From positions 2,432,001-2,496,000 of the forward strand of contig OY762428.1 in the NCBI GenBank assembly GCA_963665665.1: a DNA stretch of 64,000 nucleotides. Reading direction: 5' to 3'. Under the pieces are notes generated by a model, which was not told where the DNA came from, searched no databases, and saw only the letters and a list, made by a program, of their open reading frames with translations. The translations under genes and the position numbers were made by a program. The DNA is from Candidatus Kapaibacterium sp. GTDB taxonomy: Bacteria > Bacteroidota > Ignavibacteria > Kapaibacteriales > UBA2268. Shown here piece by piece: positions 9,215 to 19,500 of the stretch. Within the stretch, counting starts at the first letter, position 1. Every line of letters starts with the position of its first letter.

Positions 9215-12200
9215 ATGACCAACATGTGCGATTTTCGACTTCCCCCTTTAAGAGGTAAATGGATATTTTCTTCCTTAATTGCCTTTTTTATTCTTTTCGG
9301 GGAATTAATTTCTGCCAATTATAATTTCTACCTGAACCAGCGCCGCCGGTTCGACCAGGTTCATGTGGAAGTTTGGTGTCGTGCCGATACTACAAGCAGG
9401 GCCAGGCTTGGTTACGGTTCGCTTGTTATCAGGTATAATTCGGATTTTCTAAGTCCCGCCGTGGATCAATCGCCTACTGCAACTGATTCAATAAATTTTG
9501 ATATTGACAGAAGCAACCCGATAGATGCCATAACATCCGGATTCAATTCTTCAAACGGATACTCCGGGCTGGGTACAAGGTCCTACGGAAACGGATATTA
9601 TTCACTTGAGCTTAACCTTAATAATATAGGAGAGGGTGGATTAACACCTTCCCAGGACGGCAGGGGAAGTTTTATCGGTAAGATAATTTTTGATATTGTT
9701 AATTCTCCGGCCGATACGAATATGACCGGCATTGAGTGGAGCAGAAGCGATACTAACCAGGCCGGAGCCATCAGGCTGTTCGACTTCGAGGGCGAAGATG
9801 TTCTTGCCAATTCTGAATTTAACGACCCCGGTGATTTCACTATTGTGGGTATTGAAGTTTTATCACCCGATCATTTCGGGCAGGTGGTACACAGAAATTA
9901 TAATTATGCATCGCTTGCGGGATGGTATGCCGAAGGTGGTTATCCGATATATTTCGAGCGTAGTGTTAATCCTTCGGAATATACTCCGCCAACAGGAAAT
10001 GCCCCTGCACTGGACGAGGACCTTGGTTACATTTTTGAGTTTTCTGTTGATGCCGGTACATCGTTTACCGAGTTCGGGCGTATTTCCGAATCGGACAGAT
10101 ATGCCAATATAGTCGGAAAGAATCTTAAATATCTTGCCGGTGAAATGTATAATCCAGCAAGAACTAATACATATATCATTACAGATTATAATGGCAGCCA
10201 GATAAACAGGCTTAATTATCGGAATCCTGTGCGTGTTATATGGGCCAAGGACCCGAATTTTAATTATCAGACAAAAACAGGAAGGATCCGGATAAGGATA
10301 CTTGACGGAGAACTTGATGACGGACTTCCGCTTAGGGAACCGGGAGATATATTTGATGTCAGCGATGAAGATTTTGTTATTGGCAAACTCTTCTACCTCC
10401 AGTTCAACGGAACAAACGAATATCTGAAAACTGCAAAAAACTATAGTAATTCCACTCAGCTTACTGTTGAAGCATGGGTTAACCTGAATGAATACAAGAC
10501 AGAAGAAGGCCTTGAGCCCGGAATTGTTGTTTCCAGCGCCGGGCCTGATGCAGCCCCGATAAACGGATCCAAAGAAGGTGCCTGGATGCTTTACCTTGAG
10601 GATGGAAAATATCCTGCTTTCAGGGTAAGAGAATTCGAAGGCCGCGGCCCGGAAGGCTATCTTGCAAAAATAATTGCATATGACGCGCTTGATACTGTCA
10701 GCGCAGATCAGAATCTGACTAAGAAATTCTCGGATAATTGGGTTCATCTCGCCGCCACGGTCAGGAACAATGTGGTAACATTATATATAAACGGTGAGAT
10801 TTCCGATCAGGTAACAAATAATCAGGATATTGATATCAGGATGCGAACAACGAATCATCCAATATGGGTTGCAGTTAATCCTACCGCCAGCCCGGACGGA
10901 CTGGTGCATCTTCCCGCAGGAATCAAAGGGGTGAAAATTTGGCGTGTTGCCATGACACAGCAGCAGGTAAGAGAACGTGTTGCCGGTGTTGTTGATCCAT
11001 CCGATGTATCCGTTTACGGCGATCTGCGCAGAGGGCTTGAGATTTATGCCCCGCTTACCGGCGACCTGAAAGATAAAGCTACCGATAATGTATATCAAAA
11101 TGCAGCTTCGGATTTTGATTTTTATTTGGATGAAGAAATTGATAACCAGGCAACAAGCTTCAGGCCGGATATGGCACACCTGAAATTAACAGCGCCACTT
11201 GAAGGTGTTGGAGTATCCAATGCCCAGGATAAAAATTTCCAGGTAAGATGGGTTTCTTATGGTGTTGGTAATATTGCAAATGCAGGTTCCAAAGATATTG
11301 AAATTGAGTACAGCCTGGACGGTGGAAATACATGGAATGCTGCAAAGAATCCGGCAAACGATCCTCTCGCCGGAAATACTGCTCCCGATGTAGAATTCGG
11401 TAACACGAGCTGGGAGCCATACCTGAACAATGATGAAGGTTTTAATCTCAGGGATATCAGCGCTTCCGATAAAGATCTGTATTTAAGGATCAGGGGGCGC
11501 GAGGACAACGGACAATTTGAAATAAATGATATTGAAGGGCCTTTCAGAACCGGATTATATTTTTCGATTAAAAAGACTGAAGGCTCGATTCTTTACATGA
11601 AGCCTTCCTTCGGTATGAATATCAGTGGAAATACCGCATATATCGAGGCATGGATAAGGCCTTACCGCTTCCCGACTACCACGGAACAGTTTTTTCCGAT
11701 AGTATGCAAAATGGATACTGTTACAGGAGCAGAACATTACTCGCTTCTGCTTCTTGAAGACGGCAGGCTTCGTTTCAGGCTGATGGATGAAAACGGCAAC
11801 GTGAAATATGCCGACAGCGATCCGGAATATCCCGTGGTTGCGCCGAACTCCATTTCTGTTGATTCCGCCTGGACTCATGTAGGGGTTTATGTATTTCTGA
11901 ATAATGGCAATGGCCCGAGCGAAGTAAGATTTTTTGTAGATGGTATTCCGCAAAGAGATGATTCCCTGTCGGCTCAGCTTGGAGATGACCTTGTTCTGAA
12001 TACCCTGAACGAATACCCCGTGTATTTTGGATATCATTCATCGGATGGAATTTCAACCGGTTTTGTCGGAGAAATCAGAGAACTCAGATTCTGGAGCGGT
12101 GCTCCTAATTCCGAATTTCCTTCGGGACAGGAACCGACACCCATGAGTCTTTTCATTCAGGGTGCACAGTCTGTTCGTGCCGGAGAGCTTGAAGCAGGAT

Positions 12201-15200
12201 TTAAATCAAACCTCTATCTCTGGTATTCCTTCAACGGAGGCTCTTTTGTTAATAATGGCTATTTGCGTTCGCTGGCATCATCAACGAATAATGCGATAAT
12301 TGCCCGTTACTATGGCGAACCCATTTCATATATCCCGACGAAACCATATATTAAACTTGTTGAACCGGAATTTCGCCAGCAGGTTACAAATTCAAATAAA
12401 AATGTTCGTGTACGCTGGGTTGGTTTTGATTATGACAAAACAGAATTTTATTCAGGAAAATCCGGGCAGCCTCCTTCCGTTGAATTTTCAATACAGGGCG
12501 GCGGCGGAAATATTATCCAGCCTTATCAGTTTGTTGCGGGCGGATATTGGTCCGGCAACAGGATTAATGCACTGACTTTCCCGGATGATGACAAATATAT
12601 ATTTAAAGGAATTGGCGATGATGTTATAATTGCCGGTAAAATGGATGCCTCGGTTGCCGATCCCGATGATAATGACGACGGACAATTCAATGACCAGGGG
12701 CCTCTTGCTGCGTCTCTGACAAATGCAAGATTGCGCCTGACCGGGCAATACACTATTTACGGAACAACAAGAAAGCTTACCAGCGAAGGCCCTCTGTTTA
12801 CTGTAATGCCATCAAGCAATTTCACGATCAGGGCATTGCTTGAGGGATTCCACGACGGTGAATATACCGGCAGGCAGATCAGGGATATCGGAAAGTCTTA
12901 TGATGAGGGCGGCCTGAGGATATGGCTGTACAGGGATAATTCCGGAGCTCCGGGCGAGCTTGTTGATTCAGCCGATTCCAAAGAAGGATATGAAAATCGT
13001 ATGCCTGAGGACAGGGCAAGAAATACTAATAATTTTGCCAATGTAAACTTTATATTTCCCGATCTGACAGACGGCAGCTACTGGGTTGTGGTAGATCATT
13101 TAAACCATCTGCCGGTTATGTCTCGTTTTGCTGCCCCGTTTATCTACGAGGGCGATGTTCATAATACCTGGGCAATAGAATCGGGATGGGACTTCCAGGC
13201 ATGGAACGGAGAGGAAGACAATGTACTTCCCGCTGCCGCGGCCAATCCTTATACAAATGGATACTTTACAGCTTACGGCCCGGCAGTAACGGATATTAAC
13301 GATCCGCTCTATTCAAATTCAGGACTAATATTTAACGAGGGTATGGGCGGCGGTAAGAACCGATCCTTACCGGCACTGACCGGGGGGGATGTTGACGGTA
13401 ACGGTCAGATTGACGCCGCCGACCGTGTCCGCGTCAGACTTAATGATGGAACAGGAACTATTAGCTCGGATGTTACGGGCGACGGCGTGGTTAATGCTGA
13501 CGACCGTACAGTAACTGACAGGAATTTCGGAAAAATTTCCTCGATAAAGGAAGTTGAATTTGATGGTGGTATTATTCCCGTGCCGAATGACAATTATGTC
13601 AATGACCCGTTTTCATCAATTTCTGAAGTAAATCCGGGGCTTAGTACAAAATTCAACGAAGCCGCGAAAAAAGTAAATTATTCAATACCGGTGAAATTTA
13701 AAGACAGAACTCAGGCGGTATTTGATTTTGACCTTACTGCCGAGGCCCTGAAAAATGGAAATACAATTGAACTATCATTATATATAAAGAACAATGCAGA
13801 TACTTTTGCCCTGGCAAATTGTACTTTCGCAGTCAGCTACAACTCTTCGGTTCTGAAATATAAAGACCTGAAGGGTGAGGAAAATGTTATTTTCAGCGAC
13901 GATGCCGTTCATGGTTATTCAAGGATAAGGTCGGCTCCGGAAGAAGGAGCATCGAACCCTATACCTGATGTCAGGACTATTGAAGTGGACTATGATGCAT
14001 TTTCCAATCCCGGTGGTTTGAATGTACCCTGGGAAAAAACTTTCCTCGGAACCCTGGTTTTTGAAATCACAAACGAGCAGGCTGCTGTGTCATTTGGCTG
14101 GCATTCCAGCACTTCAATCCACAGCGTGGCTCAGGGCGTGATGACAGATTACGCTGATATGCAGGATATTGAACCTATTCTGCTTTACAATGCTGCCGTG
14201 GTAGTTCCGAACGGAGGCGAAAGTTACGCTCCGGGCAAACAGGTTGACGTAAGCTGGAGCGGCGAGGGAACTGCAAATGTTATTCTGGAATATTCCACTA
14301 ACGGCGGTTTCAACTGGTTCGACCTTACGGAAAATCCGGTTCCGGTTAACCAGAATACTTATGTATGGACAACACCTTCAACTGCATCATCCGAATGCTT
14401 AGTCAGGATTCTTGACAGCGAGACCGGCAAGGAAGTTGACCGCAGCGATGATGAGTTTTCCATCATGCCCAACTTTGCACAGATCATACGGCCTTCATCG
14501 GGCGATCCGATTTACCAGGGCGGTGCAAGCGATTATATTCGCTGGGTAACTCAGGGCTATACACGCGTAAGGTTTGAATTTTCGGAAGATGCAGGAGCAA
14601 GCTGGAAATCCGTATCCGGCAGGGTGGAGGCCAAAGAAGGCATGTATACCTGGAAACTTCCCAACGTTACCACCAAGACAGCATTGATCAGAATGATTGA
14701 TTACGAGACCGACGAGGTTATAGCCAGTTCCGGCGTATTTAAAATATTGAACGGCAGCCTTAGCTTCCGTGAGCCACGTGCCGGCGATGAATATAAACTT
14801 GGCAGGGTAAGGCGAATTCGCTGGATAGCCGAGGAACTTGATGAATTTGACCTGGATATAAGTTATAACGGCGGCGATAGCTGGGAGCGTCTTCAGTCAT
14901 CCGTGGATGCCATTCGCGGCTATATGGACTGGACAGTCGAGGGTGAGGAAACCACCAAAGCTATGCTGAGGGCTTTATGGAATGGCGACGCTGTTATGGA
15001 ATACGACCGCTCGCCTTTATTCAGTATAGTTCCGGATCCGGGTTTTGTATATGACAAACTGCCGGCCGGCTGCTCGGTATCCGAAACCTATCCGAACCCG
15101 GCAGGAGCTAAAGTTTATATTGATATTAAAGTTAACGAGACAGAAAAAATTGATATTCAGATAAAAGATATTGCCGGCAGGACGATACTCAGGCCGGCGC

Positions 15201-15328
15201 CGCGCACCATTATTCCCGGCGAGGCTAAACTTGAAATTGACCTGAGCGGCCTTGTGCCCGGCAGGTATTTTATTACTCTCAGTTCCGGGCGTATCAGGGC
15301 TGCGAGAGCAATAGAAATTGTACGTTGA
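9215..15328 (+). CDS. Giant T9SS-secreted protein: cohesin-like, 2x LamG, dockerin-like duplicated Ca-binding loop, cohesin-like, Ig-like repeats, CTD
   Basis: LTVEAWVN/WVHLAATV LamG motifs; GDVDGNGQIDAAD...SDVTGDGVVNADD; PNGGE Ig repeats; YPNPA...PGRYFI CTD. Confidence 0.8.
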   Translation: MTNMCDFRLPPLRGKWIFSSLIAFFILFGELISANYNFYLNQRRRFDQVHVEVWCRADTTSRARLGYGSLVIRYNSDFLSPAVDQSPTATDSINFDIDRSNPIDAITSGFNSSNGYSGLGTRSYGNGYYSLELNLNNIGEGGLTPSQDGRGSFIGKIIFDIVNSPADTNMTGIEWSRSDTNQAGAIRLFDFEGEDVLANSEFNDPGDFTIVGIEVLSPDHFGQVVHRNYNYASLAGWYAEGGYPIYFERSVNPSEYTPPTGNAPALDEDLGYIFEFSVDAGTSFTEFGRISESDRYANIVGKNLKYLAGEMYNPARTNTYIITDYNGSQINRLNYRNPVRVIWAKDPNFNYQTKTGRIRIRILDGELDDGLPLREPGDIFDVSDEDFVIGKLFYLQFNGTNEYLKTAKNYSNSTQLTVEAWVNLNEYKTEEGLEPGIVVSSAGPDAAPINGSKEGAWMLYLEDGKYPAFRVREFEGRGPEGYLAKIIAYDALDTVSADQNLTKKFSDNWVHLAATVRNNVVTLYINGEISDQVTNNQDIDIRMRTTNHPIWVAVNPTASPDGLVHLPAGIKGVKIWRVAMTQQQVRERVAGVVDPSDVSVYGDLRRGLEIYAPLTGDLKDKATDNVYQNAASDFDFYLDEEIDNQATSFRPDMAHLKLTAPLEGVGVSNAQDKNFQVRWVSYGVGNIANAGSKDIEIEYSLDGGNTWNAAKNPANDPLAGNTAPDVEFGNTSWEPYLNNDEGFNLRDISASDKDLYLRIRGREDNGQFEINDIEGPFRTGLYFSIKKTEGSILYMKPSFGMNISGNTAYIEAWIRPYRFPTTTEQFFPIVCKMDTVTGAEHYSLLLLEDGRLRFRLMDENGNVKYADSDPEYPVVAPNSISVDSAWTHVGVYVFLNNGNGPSEVRFFVDGIPQRDDSLSAQLGDDLVLNTLNEYPVYFGYHSSDGISTGFVGEIRELRFWSGAPNSEFPSGQEPTPMSLFIQGAQSVRAGELEAGFKSNLYLWYSFNGGSFVNNGYLRSLASSTNNAIIARYYGEPISYIPTKPYIKLVEPEFRQQVTNSNKNVRVRWVGFDYDKTEFYSGKSGQPPSVEFSIQGGGGNIIQPYQFVAGGYWSGNRINALTFPDDDKYIFKGIGDDVIIAGKMDASVADPDDNDDGQFNDQGPLAASLTNARLRLTGQYTIYGTTRKLTSEGPLFTVMPSSNFTIRALLEGFHDGEYTGRQIRDIGKSYDEGGLRIWLYRDNSGAPGELVDSADSKEGYENRMPEDRARNTNNFANVNFIFPDLTDGSYWVVVDHLNHLPVMSRFAAPFIYEGDVHNTWAIESGWDFQAWNGEEDNVLPAAAANPYTNGYFTAYGPAVTDINDPLYSNSGLIFNEGMGGGKNRSLPALTGGDVDGNGQIDAADRVRVRLNDGTGTISSDVTGDGVVNADDRTVTDRNFGKISSIKEVEFDGGIIPVPNDNYVNDPFSSISEVNPGLSTKFNEAAKKVNYSIPVKFKDRTQAVFDFDLTAEALKNGNTIELSLYIKNNADTFALANCTFAVSYNSSVLKYKDLKGEENVIFSDDAVHGYSRIRSAPEEGASNPIPDVRTIEVDYDAFSNPGGLNVPWEKTFLGTLVFEITNEQAAVSFGWHSSTSIHSVAQGVMTDYADMQDIEPILLYNAAVVVPNGGESYAPGKQVDVSWSGEGTANVILEYSTNGGFNWFDLTENPVPVNQNTYVWTTPSTASSECLVRILDSETGKEVDRSDDEFSIMPNFAQIIRPSSGDPIYQGGASDYIRWVTQGYTRVRFEFSEDAGASWKSVSGRVEAKEGMYTWKLPNVTTKTALIRMIDYETDEVIASSGVFKILNGSLSFREPRAGDEYKLGRVRRIRWIAEELDEFDLDISYNGGDSWERLQSSVDAIRGYMDWTVEGEETTKAMLRALWNGDAVMEYDRSPLFSIVPDPGFVYDKLPAGCSVSETYPNPAGAKVYIDIKVNETEKIDIQIKDIAGRTILRPAPRTIIPGEAKLEIDLSGLVPGRYFITLSSGRIRAARAIEIVR

Positions 15329-15337
15329 AATAAAATT

Positions 15338-15470
15338 TTATTCCCCTCCTTTGGAGGGGATCAAAGGGGTGGTTTTTTATTCTTGAATTTGGTCTTTATA
15401 CAATTCTTCGCCACCCCGGCTTGCCCCGATTTATCGGGGCCCTACGGGCACCCCTCCGCCGGAGGGGAAT
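15338..15470. repeat. REP-like hairpin cluster containing ccccgatttatcgggg palindrome
   Basis: ttcccctcctttggagggga...caccccggc...cccctccgccggagggg. Confidence 0.7.
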
Positions 15471-15575
15471 GACAGGAAGAATTTAACCAGTACTTTGAAA
15501 ATTGAAATAAATATGTTTATCGGAGCTTTATCCATATCATCCGAGAGAAAAAATATGGTAAAAGATATTTAAGAT

Positions 15576-15849
15576 GAGGCAAACCATTGCTCGGATGAGA
15601 CAGACCATCGCTCGGAAAGGGCAAACCATCGCTCGGAAAGGGCAGATCATCGCTCAGATGAGACAAACCATCGCTCAGATGAGACAGACCATCGCTCGGA
15701 AGAGGCAAACCATCGCTCGGAAGAGGCAAACCATCGCTCGGAAGAGGCAGATCATCGCTCGGAAAGGGCAAACCATCGCTCGGAAAGGGCAGATCATCGC
15801 TCAGATGAGACAAACCATCGCTCAGATGAGACAGACCATCGCTCGGAAG
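15576..15849 (+). repeat. 21-bp tandem repeat array (~13 units, consensus caRacCATCgctcRgaWgagR)
   Basis: Directly visible period-21 repeats without spacers. Confidence 0.9.
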
Positions 15850-15878
15850 CATTAAATTGACAATTTTTCGAAATATAT

Positions 15879-15997
15879 GTCACTCTGAGCGCAGCGAAGA
15901 GTCCATTCTTCAGGAAAAGCAGAAGAAAGATGTATTCTTCACTTCGGAAGCCTGCCCTTGCCTGCCCCGATTTATCGGGGACGAGTCGGGGAATGAC
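15879..15997. repeat. GTCAYTCTGAG...GAATGAC REP-like element with nested palindrome
   Basis: gtcactctgagcgcagcgaaga...cctgccccgatttatcgggg...gaatgac. Confidence 0.7.
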
Positions 15998-16516
15998 AAG
16001 AACGGTTGACAATAAGAAAAGAGAATCGAAGAAAAATTATGAAAAATGGCGGAAAAGCAGTACAGCAGAAGCTTGCAAGCTATAAGGGCGGCCAGTCAGT
16101 TATTCGGTAGAAATACCGACTACAAACAGCCCAAAAAAAAGGGGTTTGTAAAGTTCCAAAGAAGAAGAAATTTTAAGCGGAAAGGCTAAAGTTTGGTAGA
16201 AATTAACCGATAAACAATTACGAGAAAGCATCCAAGCGTTGGCTTGGAAGTGTTAATTTGATAACAGGAAAACAATGATTAGTTTATACGAAATAAATAA
16301 AATATACCACAGGAAGTGCATTATTATTCAACCAATTATGGAGGATTCATGGAAAGAAACATACTCCCGACAAACCGCTCCCCCGGATAGGCAAGGGCGA
16401 AGATGCAGCGAAGGGAAATCAGCCCTTAATTCGCTGAATTTTCTTTGCTTGCACGCACACGATACGAGAAATAAAGCGATACGTAAATATTTTACAAACA
16501 TTAACAGGAAATTATC

Positions 16517-19500
16517 ATGAAAAAGAAAAATCGATTATTGAGAATTGGGATTTTTCTCGCTTTCTTTTTTGCATTGTCCCTTGGCACCGAGGCCTGGGCG
16601 GCGACCATTGTCACGAATACAAGTGGTAATTGGTCCGATCCTGATACTTGGGTAGGCGGGGCTTTGCCAACGGCAAGTGATGTTGTTCAAATAGAACATG
16701 ATTTGACTCTTGATGGTGATTATACTTGTGCTGGAATTGTTATCGATAATGATGATGATGGAGATATTGATCTTAAGCCAGCAACAACAGGTACTTACAC
16801 CTTGACTGTCAATGGTAATATCACAATGGCTTCAACAACAGATAAAGACGGAATATTATACAATAACACTAACGGACGCCTTAATTTAAAAATTACAGGT
16901 ACTAGTGTTATTACAACATCTGTTGCTGCTGACGGAGCTGATGGTATTCAGGTAAATGATTTAATAATTTCCGGTACTGTTACCCATACCGGAGCACATC
17001 AAATTGATATATATAACAATATGTATGTCAACGGTGGAGGTTCATTCACTGATGGAACGTCTGCCGGTAATATTATAAGTTTTGCGGGTGCTGATTCTTA
17101 TATTTACAATACTTCTTCAGCTTCTGCCCCGCTTGTTTTTTATGATCTTACTTTTGCTGCTGCTGCAACAGATGCAGAAACAAATGCAAGTTTCACTGTT
17201 AAAGGTACTTTAACAACTGCGGGAGGCTCAGCTTTAACAGCTACGGCAGGAACAATTACTTTTAGTCCAATTGCTAATGATGTGGTAATAGCTTCAAGTG
17301 GTACAACTACTTTGAACAATATTGTAATAGCAAATACCACATATGATGTTACTTCTACCGGCGATATTTCCATCGATGGTAGTTATACACAGTCTGGAAC
17401 AACCGGAACTGTTATTCACGCTGCCGCCGGACGAATAACTTTTTCAGGATCAGGTACAATTACTGTACCTACAACAGCCTCAACACCTGATTTCGGATTC
17501 GTTACTATTGATGGTACTTATGTGTTGGAAGGTAGTATTGATGTTCTTGGAGCAAGTGGCACTGATGACTTCAATGTAGATGCAAGTGATTCATTTATTG
17601 CAAATTCAGGAACAGTTAGTGTTACCTCAAATGGTGCTCAGATTGATGTTGAAGCTAATGCTACATGTACATTTTATGACCTTTCAATTGGTACTGGAAC
17701 AGCAGCTGAAACACAGGAAATCACTGCAACATCAATTATTACTGTTACGAATGATTTAACTGTTGCTGAATCTGGTGTTGCTGTAGCATCAAGTGATGCA
17801 AATTCTCCAGCACCGAGCATAACAATGACTGGTGGTACTGCAATTGGAAGTGCAGTTACCCTTGATCTTTCAGGAATTGATCCTGCAGATGTCGGGTTCT
17901 TCAATCCAGGTAATCTTTATATTGGATCTGGTGCGTTTGTAGAAATAAACACACACGCTAGCGGATGGGAACTTGAAGAAACAACAGATGATACATTACA
18001 TGTTCGCGGTACTTTTATTGTACCTCTTGGAAACAAAATACTAGGTGATGCAGATGCAGGTGATGTTCATGAATTTGTTTATATTTATAGTGGTGCAACT
18101 TTAGCAACCTCTTGTATAGGAGGTTTATTCGATGATTCAAATACTGGAGATGCCGCTGCTTTTGATACTGACGACGGTACAGCTGACTTAACTTTTGCAT
18201 TTGAAGATATATCAGCTACTAATTTTTATTTCTATCCTGTTGGTACAAATTTTATTCAATTTGGTGATGATTTGCCTTCTCAACAATGTGGTAATCTGAC
18301 ATTGGCCCCAACCGGATCAGCTATGGATGCTACATTTACACAGGGTAATTTTACTGTAAATGGTAACTTTATTACTGCGGGAACGCAGGATGTAGTTTTT
18401 ACTGCAACAACAGATTTGACATTAGCCGGGAGTAATAACACAATTACTCACGGAAGCTCAGGAAATCTGACATTTGGTTTGTTGTCAATAACCGGTAGTT
18501 ATTCTACAGATGATGATTTTGAAGTTGCTGCCGCCGGTGCTGCCGCTTTTGATGCTACAGGCGGTACTTTTTTAGCTACAACACCCTCGAATATCACATT
18601 GACTGGTGCAGCTCCCCAAATTGATGCCGGAACTATTACCTTCTACGATTTGACTATAGGTGATGGTACTGCCGCATGTGCCGCTGTACTGAATAATGAT
18701 ATTACAATTACAGGTGATTTAATTCTTGGTGATGATAGCGGGGTCGGTGTGCTTGATGGTTCACTTACTGCTGCATCACAAGCAAGAGTAACTTTTGATA
18801 ACACAGCTTCGGCAGTTTCTCCGAATCATATTACTGTCGGTGCAGAGAATGATATTGATCCATGTATTACATTCAATAATCTGACAATTGCTGCTAATTC
18901 TCATATTGATGTAACAACTGCTACATCGAATATTCTTTTTACAGATGGAGGTGCAGCAGCAGGTATTACTTTGGGTTCTGGTTCTTCTTTTGTCTGGTCT
19001 GCTGGTACGTTGCAGATCGGCTCAGGAACAACTGCCTTTGGAACGACAATAACAGTTGCTTCTGATGCTACATTGACTCTTTTCAATATTGATATTTTTG
19101 ATATTGCTAATAATGCTATAACAACAGATGACAGTTTCATTATTAATGGTGCTATAACTTCAACTGGAGATGCTGCTGCAACATCTTTTACTGCTAGTTC
19201 TCCTTCAGTTATAACATTTGGCGGCTCAACAACAATGGATATTGCTGTTGGTGCTACCGGTTCTTTGACTTTCTATGATGTTATTGTAAATAACACGAGC
19301 ACTTTGGGGCTTACAATTACAACCGGAGACGCTCTTACAATTTCAGGAGATTTAACAGTTAATTCTTCCGCAAAATTTATACCTGCTGCGGATGCAACTG
19401 TAACATTTTCCGGTACTGATAATACAATTGTTAATAACGGAACATTAACCCTGGGACTTACTACATTTGCAGCTAGTTCCGATTATAGTTTAACAGGAAA

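Noticed and set aside
16070-16450. c-di-GMP or other known riboswitch
   Set aside because: Hairpins are present, but I could not match a known aptamer consensus
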